Assembly: GCA_016930175.1 (NCBI GenBank)
Contig: JAFGHJ010000023.1
Span: 17,053-81,052 of the forward strand
Length of the DNA stretch: 64,000 bases
Source of the DNA: a candidate division WOR-3 bacterium
GTDB taxonomy: Bacteria; Hydrothermota; UBA3072
Direction: 5' to 3'
Part shown: piece after piece, positions 9,479-19,021 of the stretch
Layout of the letters: each line of letters begins with the position of its first letter
Numbering within the stretch: the first letter of the stretch is position 1
Notes under the pieces: generated by a model
What the model saw: the letters and a program-made list of their open reading frames with translations, nothing else
Database searches by the model: none
Told to the model about the DNA's origin: nothing
Made by a program: the position numbers and the translations under genes

Positions 9479-9762
9479 TCACACGGAGACACGGAGAACG
9501 CGGAGATTTTTTTGTTGTTTTCCCCACCCAACCCCAAAAAATACTATCTCACACAAAGCCACTTTGCAGGATTATTTTTAGGTATTAAAAACATTCATCT
9601 ATTTGTGTTATTTGTTGTTTCTCTCGTGGGGGTGTGGGAGGGAAAAACAAATTTAATTTTCTTTCTTTGTGTTCTTTGTGGCTTTGTGTGAGATAAATGG
9701 GGTGGAGTGGGGTTTTTAAGCAACATATTTTTTCTTTGTGTCTTTGTGCTCTTTGCGTGAGA
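9479..9762. repeat. Nested inverted-repeat element made of nonamer modules and C/G tracts
   Basis: Perfect 18-bp IR at 9545-9562/9678-9695; CCCCACCCAACCCC versus GGGGTGGAGTGGGG; outer CACGGAGA repeats versus CTTTGTG repeats. Confidence 0.85.
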
Positions 9763-9812
9763 ACATCTTTTCCCTTCTTGACTTTAAATTCATCCTTCGT
9801 ATTCTTAAAAAA

Positions 9813-10835
9813 ATGAAAATTATCGAATGTATTCCTAATATTTCCGAAGGAAAAGATATAGAAAAAATCAAAGCTATAACTAACGAAGCCAAGAGTACTG
9901 CGGGTGCTTACCTTCTGGATGTTTATACAGGAGCCTCAACAAATAGAACTGTGCTTACTTTAGCCGGAAACCCGAAAGCCATTAAAGAAGCTATCTATAA
10001 AACATTTAAAAAAACTTCGGAACTGATTGATATGAGAAAGCACAAAGGAGTTCATCCACGCATAGGATCAGTCGATGTTTGCCCTTTTATTCCTGTTCGG
10101 GATATGACAATAGAGGAGTGTATCGATATTACAAGAGAAGTTGGTCAAAAAGTGGCGGAAGAATTGGATATTCCAGTCTACCTCTATGGTGAGTCGGCTG
10201 CCAGAGAAGAAAGAAAAGATTTATCAAATATTCGCGAAGGGGGATATGAAAAACTAAAAGAAAAATTAAAAAATCCCGAATGGAAACCGGATTTCGGAGA
10301 AGCAAAATTCAACGAGAAATCAGGAGCAAGCATAATAGGCGCGCGGGATTTTTTAATTGCTTTCAATATAAATCTTAAGACAAAAGAAACAAAATTAGCT
10401 AATGTGATAGCAGAAAAAATTCGGGAATCAGGCACAGTAAAGGTTGACAATAATGGCAATAAAGTGAGAGTGCCGGGTACCCTGAAAGAAGTGAAAGCGA
10501 TTGGGTGGTATATCGAGGAATTCGGATGCGCCCAGGTTTCGACAAATTTGATCGACTTTCGAGTAACTCCGCTTCACCGCCTTTTTGAAGAAGTCGAAAA
10601 GGAAGCAAAAAAATTGGGTGTCGAAGTTGCCGGAAGTGAATTGGTAGGACTTGTTCCCGAAGAGGCTCTACTCAACTCCGGGAAATTTTATCTTGCCAGA
10701 GAGTCTTCAGAGGATAGAAGTTCTAAAAACAAAATAATTAATACAGCGATTAATTATCTTGGGCTTTCCAGCAGATATGAATTTTTTCCGGAAGAAAAAA
10801 TTATGGAATACAAAATGAAAAAGGAGATGTTATGA
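9813..10835 (+). CDS. Glutamate formimidoyltransferase (FTCD N-terminal domain)
   Basis: MKIIECIPNISEG, NRTVLT, IDMRKHKGVHPRIGSVDVCPFIP and GSELVGLVP motifs. Start trimmed from 9738 to ATG 9813. Confidence 0.93.
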   Translation: MKIIECIPNISEGKDIEKIKAITNEAKSTAGAYLLDVYTGASTNRTVLTLAGNPKAIKEAIYKTFKKTSELIDMRKHKGVHPRIGSVDVCPFIPVRDMTIEECIDITREVGQKVAEELDIPVYLYGESAAREERKDLSNIREGGYEKLKEKLKNPEWKPDFGEAKFNEKSGASIIGARDFLIAFNINLKTKETKLANVIAEKIRESGTVKVDNNGNKVRVPGTLKEVKAIGWYIEEFGCAQVSTNLIDFRVTPLHRLFEEVEKEAKKLGVEVAGSELVGLVPEEALLNSGKFYLARESSEDRSSKNKIINTAINYLGLSSRYEFFPEEKIMEYKMKKEML

Positions 10836-11455
10836 ATATTTCAATATCTGATTTTTTAGAAAGACTTTCTTCCGATGCACCTACGCCGGGTGGTGGTTCT
10901 GTGGCTGCACTTGTAGGAGCGCTTTCTTGTTCTCTTACTTCAATGGTCGGGAACTTGACTGAGCGTAAGAAAAAGTATGAAGAATATTGGGAAGAATCTA
11001 AAAAAATTATTGAGGAAGCGAAAAAATTAAGCGACGACTTCCTATCTCTTTTTTACGAAGATATGGAAGTTTTTACAAAATTGATGGCTACTTTCGGTCT
11101 TCCCAGAGGAACAGAAGAGGAGAAACAAAAAAGGGATGATGAGATTCAGAACGCGATAAAAAGAGCAATTGAAGTTCCTCTTGAGGTCATGGAAAAAAGC
11201 CGGAGCGCAGCCGAACTGGCTCTCACCATGGCAAAAATAGGGAATTTGAACGCCATTAGCGATACTGGAATAGCCGGTGAAATGGCGCTGGCAGCCTGTA
11301 GAAGTGCATCTTACAACGTACTTATTAACTTCAATTTCTTAAAAGATACAGATTATTTAAGAACAATAGATAAAAAACATAAAGAGGTTTTAAAAGAGGT
11401 CAAATCTATTCATAAAGAAGTTGCATTGCTGGTAAGAAAAAAAATAAAAAAGTAG
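10832..11455 (+). CDS. Formiminotetrahydrofolate cyclodeaminase / methenyl-THF cyclohydrolase (FTCD_C)
   Basis: LSSDAPTPGGGSVAA, GNLNAISD and YNVLIN motifs; ATGA overlap with the upstream gene. Confidence 0.92.
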   Translation: MNISISDFLERLSSDAPTPGGGSVAALVGALSCSLTSMVGNLTERKKKYEEYWEESKKIIEEAKKLSDDFLSLFYEDMEVFTKLMATFGLPRGTEEEKQKRDDEIQNAIKRAIEVPLEVMEKSRSAAELALTMAKIGNLNAISDTGIAGEMALAACRSASYNVLINFNFLKDTDYLRTIDKKHKEVLKEVKSIHKEVALLVRKKIKK

Positions 11456-11466
11456 GTAATAAAGGG

Positions 11467-11494
11467 TTGATAATTTCTAAAATTCTCATATAAT
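11467..11494 (+). promoter_or_regulatory. Promoter of tRNA-Lys
   Basis: TTGATA-16 nt-TATAAT, 14 nt upstream of the tRNA. Confidence 0.65.
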
Positions 11495-11508
11495 TATAAA
11501 TTATAGCA

Positions 11509-11581
11509 GGGTCGTTAGCTCAATCGGCAGAGCACCGGCCTTTTAAGCCGGGGGTCGAAGGTTCGATTCCTTCACGACCCA
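11509..11581 (+). tRNA. tRNA-Lys (anticodon TTT); CCA not encoded
   Basis: Acceptor stem GGGTCGT/ACGACCC, D-arm GCTC..GAGC, anticodon arm CCGGC-CTTTTAA-GCCGG, T-loop GTTCGAT. Confidence 0.97.
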
Positions 11582-11625
11582 GAATATAAAATAGTAAAAA
11601 AATATTTTCAGGAGGGCATATAAAT

Positions 11626-12105
11626 TTGCTGGATTATGTTCATGATAAAGAAGACTTTAAGAAAGAACTGTCCTTAATTGGGAAGAACAAGGGAGACTTC
11701 ATAGTTAAAGAAGGAGATCCCGGCGATTATATGTTTATCATAGTTGAAGGCAAAGTGAAAGTACTGCTCAGAAGAGGAAAGAAAGAAATTATTCTTGCCA
11801 CTTTAGAAAAGGGTAATTTTTTCGGAGAGATGAGTCTATTCGGAGGGAATCCTCGTAGCGCATCAGTACAAGCATTAACGGATTTAAAGCTTTTAAAAAT
11901 AACACGAAAAGATATTAAGAGGTTAAGTAAAACCAATCCTAAATTATTAAGCGAATTTACTATGGGCTTATGTACGGAATTATGTCAGAGAGTATCAAAT
12001 ACAAGTACTTCTTTAGAGTCTTATTTCCATATTAACAGAGCGATACTTAAAAACCCTAAATTCAGAAATTTTTTACAAAAAATCTGGAATGAAAAGGAGG
12101 AATAA
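11626..12105 (+). CDS. Cyclic nucleotide-binding domain protein (Crp-like cNMP domain, no clear HTH)
   Basis: EGDPGDYMFIIVEGKV and FFGEMSL..PRSASVQA phosphate-binding cassette. Confidence 0.88.
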   Translation: MLDYVHDKEDFKKELSLIGKNKGDFIVKEGDPGDYMFIIVEGKVKVLLRRGKKEIILATLEKGNFFGEMSLFGGNPRSASVQALTDLKLLKITRKDIKRLSKTNPKLLSEFTMGLCTELCQRVSNTSTSLESYFHINRAILKNPKFRNFLQKIWNEKEE

Positions 12106-13854
12106 ATGAATGTGTTATTAGTAGTGTTGTTTGGTTTTTCGTCTTTCAACTCGGGCAGCGGAACTTTTAATCTTTACTCGGCAAGAACCCTTCCTTATGC
12201 GACTCTCAATTTTAATGCAAGTGCCGGCGGGGCAACGCATGAGTTCGGTTCGTACAAACACATAGCCGCTAATTCGAAATTCGGTTTTACTTACGGCGTT
12301 ATAGATCTTTTTGAGATTTATCTGGGAACCACAGTATACGATAAATACTCATACAGCGACAACTTATTCGGTGATGACGTCTATAACGAATACGGTTGGA
12401 AGAACCTGTACGGTGGTTTGAAATTTTATGTACCTGCCGTAGGAACTTCCGCAATAGGAGATCAATCTTTTAAATGGTTAGTAGGAGGACACCTGGGAAC
12501 GTCGTTCAATCCATTTTCACCGGCAAATCATGCTTCCATAGTAGGCGCGCCGAACTTTTTCTATCCCACATATAAATATAATCCGAGTCTTGCAGTAGAT
12601 CTCTTAAATGATTTTGAGATTTACCCTCTTCTTGCGCATATAAATTTAGGGTACGTTAAGAGAGGAAGTTTGCAGGATGTCCTGCCCGGAGTTGAGATGC
12701 CGGATTTGTTACGCGTCGGCGGGGGTTTCGAAATAGCAGCCGGACCATTTACACGTTTTGTTTTCGAAGCGGCAAATATAAGACCCGGAGAGGATTTGCA
12801 GGATACATTGATTGGTACTTTCGGTATCAGGTTCATGGTTCCTGAAAAATTCTCATTCGATGTGGCGGTCGACCACGTTTTTAACGATTCGACTGATTTT
12901 GTTCCTGATTTAGCGTTTGATGAAATTGGTCAGTGGAGATTCAAAATCGGTTTCACCTTGCAAAGCACTATAATTAAAAAAGAAAAGAAAGAGGAGCCGC
13001 AAAAGGGTACTATCGCTTTAACTGTAAACGATATGTCGACAAACGAACCCCTGGTTGCTACGGTAAATATAAAAGATTCACCTCTTAGTTACCAAACCGC
13101 AGAAGACGGTAAAGTAACCATAGAGATACTTCCCGGTGTTTATGATTTAGAGCTTTCTAAAGAAGGCTATCTCCCGAGAACAGCCACTATTACAGTAAAA
13201 CCTTCCGCAACTGTCAACATTAATACTGTTCTAAGAAAAACAGAAAAGGAGACAGGCGTTTTTACTGGCACGGTAAGTTCTTTCAGAGATGAGGTACCGC
13301 TTGCGGCATATATCGAATTTCTCGGTACGGAACTCACAAAAATCGCCTCGGATGCGGTTAAAGGTGTTTTCCAGACAGAAGTTGAAGCAGGCACTTATAA
13401 TGTCCGCGTTTCAGCCGATGGTTATCTGCCCGAGACTTTCCCGGTAGAAATTATAAAAGGTGAAACTACAATAAAGAATGTAAAGCTTGTTAAAAAGTTA
13501 GAAAAGGAAGAAGTAATTGTTTTAAGAGGTATTAATTTCGCATCAGGTCAGGCAGTCATTCCACCAGCGGAATATCCTATTTTGGACCAGGTTGTACAGG
13601 TACTCAAGGCGAATGAAAAGGTGAGAGTTGAGATAGGCGGGCATACTGATTCGGTCGGCTCGGAAACTTACAATCAGGGGCTATCCGAAAGAAGAGCTCA
13701 ATCGGTAATGAACTACCTCATACAAAGGGGAATAGCTGCCAGCAGATTGGAAGCAAGAGGGTACGGAGAGTACCAGCCCGTAGCTTCAAATACAACTCGC
13801 GATGGCAGAAGCCAGAACAGAAGAATTGAATTTAAAGTGCTCTCGGTAGAGTAA
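12106..13854 (+). CDS. OmpA-family outer membrane protein with PEGA/carboxypeptidase-regulatory-like domains
   Basis: C-terminal IGGHTDSVG..YNQGLSERRAQSV..NRRIEF; two PGxYxxxxSxxGY beta-sandwich repeats; beta-rich N-terminus. Confidence 0.88.
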   Translation: MNVLLVVLFGFSSFNSGSGTFNLYSARTLPYATLNFNASAGGATHEFGSYKHIAANSKFGFTYGVIDLFEIYLGTTVYDKYSYSDNLFGDDVYNEYGWKNLYGGLKFYVPAVGTSAIGDQSFKWLVGGHLGTSFNPFSPANHASIVGAPNFFYPTYKYNPSLAVDLLNDFEIYPLLAHINLGYVKRGSLQDVLPGVEMPDLLRVGGGFEIAAGPFTRFVFEAANIRPGEDLQDTLIGTFGIRFMVPEKFSFDVAVDHVFNDSTDFVPDLAFDEIGQWRFKIGFTLQSTIIKKEKKEEPQKGTIALTVNDMSTNEPLVATVNIKDSPLSYQTAEDGKVTIEILPGVYDLELSKEGYLPRTATITVKPSATVNINTVLRKTEKETGVFTGTVSSFRDEVPLAAYIEFLGTELTKIASDAVKGVFQTEVEAGTYNVRVSADGYLPETFPVEIIKGETTIKNVKLVKKLEKEEVIVLRGINFASGQAVIPPAEYPILDQVVQVLKANEKVRVEIGGHTDSVGSETYNQGLSERRAQSVMNYLIQRGIAASRLEARGYGEYQPVASNTTRDGRSQNRRIEFKVLSVE

Positions 13855-13894
13855 CGGGACAGCTGCATAGATTTGGCTTCGTGATTTTTTATAA

Positions 13895-15964
13895 TTGAGC
13901 TTAAAGAAAAATCTTAACGAAGAACAGGAAAAAGCAGTTACACACACTTCCGGCCCCGCGCTTGTATTAGCAGGGGCCGGAAGTGGCAAAACAAGAGTTA
14001 TAACTTACAGGATCGTTTACCTTTTAGAGCAAAAAGACGTAAAACCCTATAATATCCTTGCTGTGACTTTTACAAATAAGGCAGCCGACGAAATGAAAGA
14101 GCGTCTATATTCATTGGTAAGGAGGTCGACAAAAGGAATATGGATGGGAACATTCCACTCAATTTGTGCACGATTATTACGTGAATTCGCTTCCTGCACG
14201 ACATATTCGAGGAATTTTATTATTTACGATACTCAGGATCAACATAATCTGATCAAAAATATTATAAGAGATTCCGATATAGGAGAAAAAACCCTTGATT
14301 TTTATTATGTTCACCGCACTATATCAAATCTAAAGAACAGACTTATTGATGAATACGAATTCAAACCATACAATTATAAAACAGAACTGATTAAGAATAT
14401 CTATCAGGAATATCAAACAAGACTTAAAGAAAATGACGCGATGGATTTTGACGATCTTTTATTCAATTTCTACACACTTCTCGACTCCAACACGGAAATA
14501 AGAAAGAATTTAAATGATAGGTTCAAATACAAATTGGTTGACGAATATCAGGATACCAATCCTTCGCAGTATCAGATATTAAAAAAATTGTCGGAGAGAT
14601 ATAAAGATGTCTTTGTTGTGGGTGACGACGACCAGTCAATATACGGGTTCAGAGGTGCGGATATAAACAATATTCTTGACTTTGAGGATGATTTTCCAAA
14701 TTCAAAAGTTTACAAACTTGAAAGAAATTATAGATCTACAAAGAGAATTCTTGAAGTAGCCTCAACTGTCGTTAAAAATAACCGCTTAAGAAAAGGGAAA
14801 ACCCTCTGGACCAAAGAGGAAGAGGGAGAAAAAATCACGCTTTTTTCGGCTTTTTCGGAGAAAGAAGAAGCCGCCAAACTAATAAAACTTTTAAAAAAAG
14901 AACTGGGCAAATACAATAAGAAGGATATACTTATTGCTTACAGAACAAACGCTCAATCAAGAGCAATAGAAGATGCTTTATTAAAAGAAGAAATTCCGTA
15001 CGTGATCGTAGGAGGAGTGAAATTTTATCAGAGAAAGGAAATAAAGGATATCCTATCCTATGTTAAGTTCATAGTCAACAAGAAGGATACGGTTTCCTTT
15101 TTCCGGATTTTAAACACTCCGAGAAGAGGTATCGGCAAAATAACAAGAGAAAAAACAGAAATGAAAGCAAAGGAAGAAAATATTTCTCTCTGGGAGGCTT
15201 CATGTAAGCTAGCCGGACAGGAACAGCCAATCGCGGATTTTGTAAATCTCATAAAATCTCTGGAAGAAATAAAGCGTATAGATGAACTTATAGTGGCGAT
15301 TGTAGAGAAAACCGGATATGTGGATATTCTTAAAGAGACGGATACGATTGAATCGGAAAGCAGAATCGAGAATATACAGGAATTGCTATCGGCAGCATAT
15401 GAGTTTACTGAGAACTCGGAGAAGTATTCGCCGGAAGAATACCTGACCGAAGTGGGATTAAAAACCGACATCGATAGCTGGAGTCGAACTGATTCCGTCA
15501 ATTTAATGACTCTGCATAACACAAAAGGACTTGAATTCGACGTAGTTTTTATAGTCGGAATCGGGGAAGGGCTTCTGCCTCATTACAGAAGTATTAAGGA
15601 AGGCAACACGGAAGAAGAGCGTCGTCTTTTTTATGTCGGAATAACAAGAGCACGGAAGAAATTATTTTTGTCTTATTTCTTAACACACGGAGCAGGATGG
15701 GGAAGCACAAGAAGTATTCTTCCATCATCTTTCTTAAAGGAATTACCCCCCGGAGCTATCGAAAACCTGGAAGATTATACACCTGGCGGAAACGAAAAGA
15801 AGCAATATATTTTAAGAGATAATAAAAATGATAGTAAGTGGGTAAATCATCCTATATTCGGCAGGGGAGAGATATTGGATGTGGTGGACGGAGACAAATT
15901 ATTGATATCATTTAACGGCACGACAAAAAAAATCAAACGGAGGTTCTTCGATGAAAGAAGTTGA
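13895..15964 (+). CDS. pcrA: ATP-dependent DNA helicase PcrA/UvrD
   Basis: AGAGSGKT, VTFTNKAA, VDEYQDTN, VGDDDQSIYGFRGA, NYRST and EERRLFYVGITRA motifs. Confidence 0.95.
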   Translation: MSLKKNLNEEQEKAVTHTSGPALVLAGAGSGKTRVITYRIVYLLEQKDVKPYNILAVTFTNKAADEMKERLYSLVRRSTKGIWMGTFHSICARLLREFASCTTYSRNFIIYDTQDQHNLIKNIIRDSDIGEKTLDFYYVHRTISNLKNRLIDEYEFKPYNYKTELIKNIYQEYQTRLKENDAMDFDDLLFNFYTLLDSNTEIRKNLNDRFKYKLVDEYQDTNPSQYQILKKLSERYKDVFVVGDDDQSIYGFRGADINNILDFEDDFPNSKVYKLERNYRSTKRILEVASTVVKNNRLRKGKTLWTKEEEGEKITLFSAFSEKEEAAKLIKLLKKELGKYNKKDILIAYRTNAQSRAIEDALLKEEIPYVIVGGVKFYQRKEIKDILSYVKFIVNKKDTVSFFRILNTPRRGIGKITREKTEMKAKEENISLWEASCKLAGQEQPIADFVNLIKSLEEIKRIDELIVAIVEKTGYVDILKETDTIESESRIENIQELLSAAYEFTENSEKYSPEEYLTEVGLKTDIDSWSRTDSVNLMTLHNTKGLEFDVVFIVGIGEGLLPHYRSIKEGNTEEERRLFYVGITRARKKLFLSYFLTHGAGWGSTRSILPSSFLKELPPGAIENLEDYTPGGNEKKQYILRDNKNDSKWVNHPIFGRGEILDVVDGDKLLISFNGTTKKIKRRFFDERS

Positions 15965-16244
15965 TATAAAACATCTTTCTAAACTCGCGAATATCGAACT
16001 GGAGAGAGAAGAAGAAAAGAAACTTCAGGAAGATCTTAATAAAATAATCAAACACATTAGACAAATCCAGGAGGTTGAGGTACGCCAGACCCCGAATACT
16101 ACGCACCTTAGCGTGGAAGCCTTGCCTTTTAGAGATGATAAAAAAGAAAAACCTCTGTCGGTAAAGGAAGTTCTGTCAAACACTAAAGAACAGTACAAAA
16201 ATCATTTTACCATAAACAGGATGATAAATGAAGACAATACCTGA
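15951..16244 (+). CDS. gatC: Asp/Glu-tRNA amidotransferase subunit C
   Basis: HLSKLANIEL and FRDD motifs; precedes gatA and gatB. Confidence 0.9.
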   Translation: MKEVDIKHLSKLANIELEREEEKKLQEDLNKIIKHIRQIQEVEVRQTPNTTHLSVEALPFRDDKKEKPLSVKEVLSNTKEQYKNHFTINRMINEDNT

Positions 16245-17640
16245 ATATCAGGAACTATTCAAAAAAGGAGAAATCACTCCGACTGGTCTCCTTACTAACT
16301 GCCTTAAAAAAATAAATCCGTCTCTTAACGCTTATATAACGGTTACTGAAGAACTCGCAAGAAAAGGATTGAAGAAAGATTCGAAGGGCAAATTAAGGGG
16401 TATACCAATAGCAGTTAAGGATAACATAAATATAAAAGGAGTCCCTACAACCTGTGCTTCCAATGTTTTAAAGGGATTTATTCCGCCGTTTTCAGCCACC
16501 GTGATTGAGAGAATAGAGAAAAACGGAGGAATTTTTATAGGGAAAACCAATCTTGATGAATTCGGAATGGGTTCTTCAACCGAGAGATCTTACTATGGAC
16601 CGACTAAAAACCCTTTTGATGAGACAAAAGTTCCGGGCGGCTCGAGCGGCGGTTCTGCCGCGGCTGTATCTTCTGGGAGTGCCGTTATTTCACTCGGTTC
16701 CGACACAGGCGGTTCGGTGCGCCAGCCCGCCTCTTACTGCGGACTGGTTGGACTTAAACCGACCTACGGAAGAGTCTCAAGGTATGGGCTCGTTGCTTTT
16801 GGGTCTTCTCTTGACCAGATTGGAATTATCGGAAGAAATTCTGTGGATGTCGGAATTATGCTCGAAGTTATAGCCGGGTATGACCCGAAGGATTCGACTT
16901 CTTCAAAAAAGGAAATCGATGATTACAGCGATTTAAACGAAGTTTCCAAAAACATAAAGATAGGTATACCCGAGGAGTATTTTAAACATATAGACCCGGG
17001 AGTTCACTCGTCTGTTATGGAAATTAAGAGAAGAATCGAAAAAGAAGGTATATCATTCAAGTCAGTATCCCTGCCGACTACTGGCTATATAATACCAACT
17101 TACCAGGTAATTTCATACGCCGAAGCCTCTTCTAACCTCGCGAGATACGACGGCGTCAGATACGGCCTTCGAAAAAACGGGGAAAGCTTTCACGATACTA
17201 TAAGAAAATCCAGGGATGCAGGTTTCCTTCCTGAAGTAAAAAGGAGAATCCTTGTGGGTACATTCGTTCTTTCCTCGGAAGCTATTGCCGAATATTATGA
17301 AAGAGCCGACCTCATAAGGAGATTAATAACGCAGGAATTCAATGAGGTTTTTAGAGAAGTAGATTATCTTTTAACTCCCGCAACGCCCACGCCCGCATTC
17401 CCTATAGGAGAGCGAACCGATGACCCGATCAGAATGCACGTACCGGACCGAATGACTGCCGGAGCCAATTTAGCAGGTCTTCCCGCGGTAGTCGCACCGG
17501 CGGGAATGATAGGGAATCTTCCCATAGGTTACCAGATAATCGGAAAACCTTTTGATGAGAAAGGAATTCTTTCCATTGTCAGACTCGTAGAAAAAATGGC
17601 ACCGTTTGAAGGATTTTTAAAGGAAGTCAGAGATGAGTGA
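16228..17640 (+). CDS. gatA: Asp/Glu-tRNA amidotransferase subunit A
   Basis: Amidase signature GGSSGGSAAAV, LGSDTGGSVRQPA and SSNLARYDG. Confidence 0.97.
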   Translation: MKTIPEYQELFKKGEITPTGLLTNCLKKINPSLNAYITVTEELARKGLKKDSKGKLRGIPIAVKDNINIKGVPTTCASNVLKGFIPPFSATVIERIEKNGGIFIGKTNLDEFGMGSSTERSYYGPTKNPFDETKVPGGSSGGSAAAVSSGSAVISLGSDTGGSVRQPASYCGLVGLKPTYGRVSRYGLVAFGSSLDQIGIIGRNSVDVGIMLEVIAGYDPKDSTSSKKEIDDYSDLNEVSKNIKIGIPEEYFKHIDPGVHSSVMEIKRRIEKEGISFKSVSLPTTGYIIPTYQVISYAEASSNLARYDGVRYGLRKNGESFHDTIRKSRDAGFLPEVKRRILVGTFVLSSEAIAEYYERADLIRRLITQEFNEVFREVDYLLTPATPTPAFPIGERTDDPIRMHVPDRMTAGANLAGLPAVVAPAGMIGNLPIGYQIIGKPFDEKGILSIVRLVEKMAPFEGFLKEVRDE

Positions 17641-19021
17641 ATACAGACCAACAATCGGCGTCGAGGTTCACGCTCAGCTCAAAACAGAGACAAAATTATT
17701 CTGCGGCTGTCCGGTAGCTTTCGGAGAAGAAGCAAACACTAATGTCTGCGCTATTTGCCTGGGGCTTCCCGGAGTTCTTCCGTCCCTTAATAAAAAGGCC
17801 GTGGAACTCGCTATAAAAGCCGGTCTTGCTTTGAATTGCGAAATACATACGAAATCAATTTTTGCAAGAAAAAATTACTTCTATCCCGATTTACCAAAAG
17901 GTTACCAGATTACACAATATAGATTTCCAATCGCAACGGATGGAAAAATTTTAGTAGAAGGCAAAGAGATAAGAATTAAAAGGGTGCATCTTGAAGAAGA
18001 ATCAGCAAAATCGATACACGAAACGGATAAATCCCTTATCGACTACAACAGATCCGGTGTGCCTTTAATAGAAATTGTGACGGAACCGGATATAGACTCG
18101 CCGGATATGGCGGTCGCTTATCTTAAAACTTTACAGAAAATATTACAATTCGAGAGCATTTCTGATGCTGTAATGGCAAGGGCTGAATTCAGGTGCGAAC
18201 CTAATATTTCGGTAAGTAAAGAAGAAGGAAAACTCGGGACAAGAACAGAAGTAAAAAACCTAAATTCTTTTAAAGCGGTTAAAAACTCGCTTTCATCTGA
18301 AATTAAACGACAAATAGGTATTCTCGAGGCGGGCGAAGTGGTTGAACAGGCTACGATACATTATTCCGAGGAAACCGGTAAAACGTGGGTGGCTCGTTCA
18401 AAAGAGAAATCTTCCGATTACAGATATTTTCCCGAGCCGGACCTGCCGCCTCTCAATGTGGATAAAAAATGGATAGAGGAAATTAAAGCGACTCTCGGGG
18501 AATTACCCGGGAGGAAAAAAGAAAAATATATCTCCCTTGGACTCAGCAAGGAAGACGCAAAAATAATATCGAGTTCCTCTGCTGCTTCGAGTTTATTTGA
18601 AGAAATCTTAAAGTTAGTTAATGAACCCCTGGAAGTAAGCAAATGGATTCTTAGAGATTACAGAAGTCTGGGGGGACCTGACATATCCGCAGCCTCTTTT
18701 GCCGAGATGATAGAAATGGTTCTAAGTGGTGAAATTTCAAGGAATGCTGGAGCGGAAGTGCTCGCGGAAATGACTAGGACAAAAAAAGCGCCGAAGCAAA
18801 TAGTAAAAGAAAAGAATCTTGCCCAAATATCAGATTCAAATGCCTTGGAGAAAATTGTACGGGAAGTTTTAGATGAGAATCCGGATGAATCAACTCGTTT
18901 GAAGAAAGGAGAGAAAAAACTTATCGGATTCTTCGTCGGTCAGGTAATGAAGAAAACTAAAGGTAAAGCTGATCCTAAAGAGGTTTCACGGATAATATCC
19001 GAGTATGAAAAAAAATATTGA
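17633..19021 (+). CDS. gatB: Asp/Glu-tRNA amidotransferase subunit B
   Basis: IGVEVHAQL, RKNYFYPDLPKGYQITQ, DYRYFPEPDL and GFFVGQVMK motifs. Confidence 0.97.
   Translation: MSEYRPTIGVEVHAQLKTETKLFCGCPVAFGEEANTNVCAICLGLPGVLPSLNKKAVELAIKAGLALNCEIHTKSIFARKNYFYPDLPKGYQITQYRFPIATDGKILVEGKEIRIKRVHLEEESAKSIHETDKSLIDYNRSGVPLIEIVTEPDIDSPDMAVAYLKTLQKILQFESISDAVMARAEFRCEPNISVSKEEGKLGTRTEVKNLNSFKAVKNSLSSEIKRQIGILEAGEVVEQATIHYSEETGKTWVARSKEKSSDYRYFPEPDLPPLNVDKKWIEEIKATLGELPGRKKEKYISLGLSKEDAKIISSSSAASSLFEEILKLVNEPLEVSKWILRDYRSLGGPDISAASFAEMIEMVLSGEISRNAGAEVLAEMTRTKKAPKQIVKEKNLAQISDSNALEKIVREVLDENPDESTRLKKGEKKLIGFFVGQVMKKTKGKADPKEVSRIISEYEKKY

Noticed and set aside
9738-9812. N-terminal extension of the FTCD ORF (MSLCSLRENIF...)
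   Set aside because: It is translated repeat and promoter DNA; the family consensus begins at MKIIECIPN (9813).
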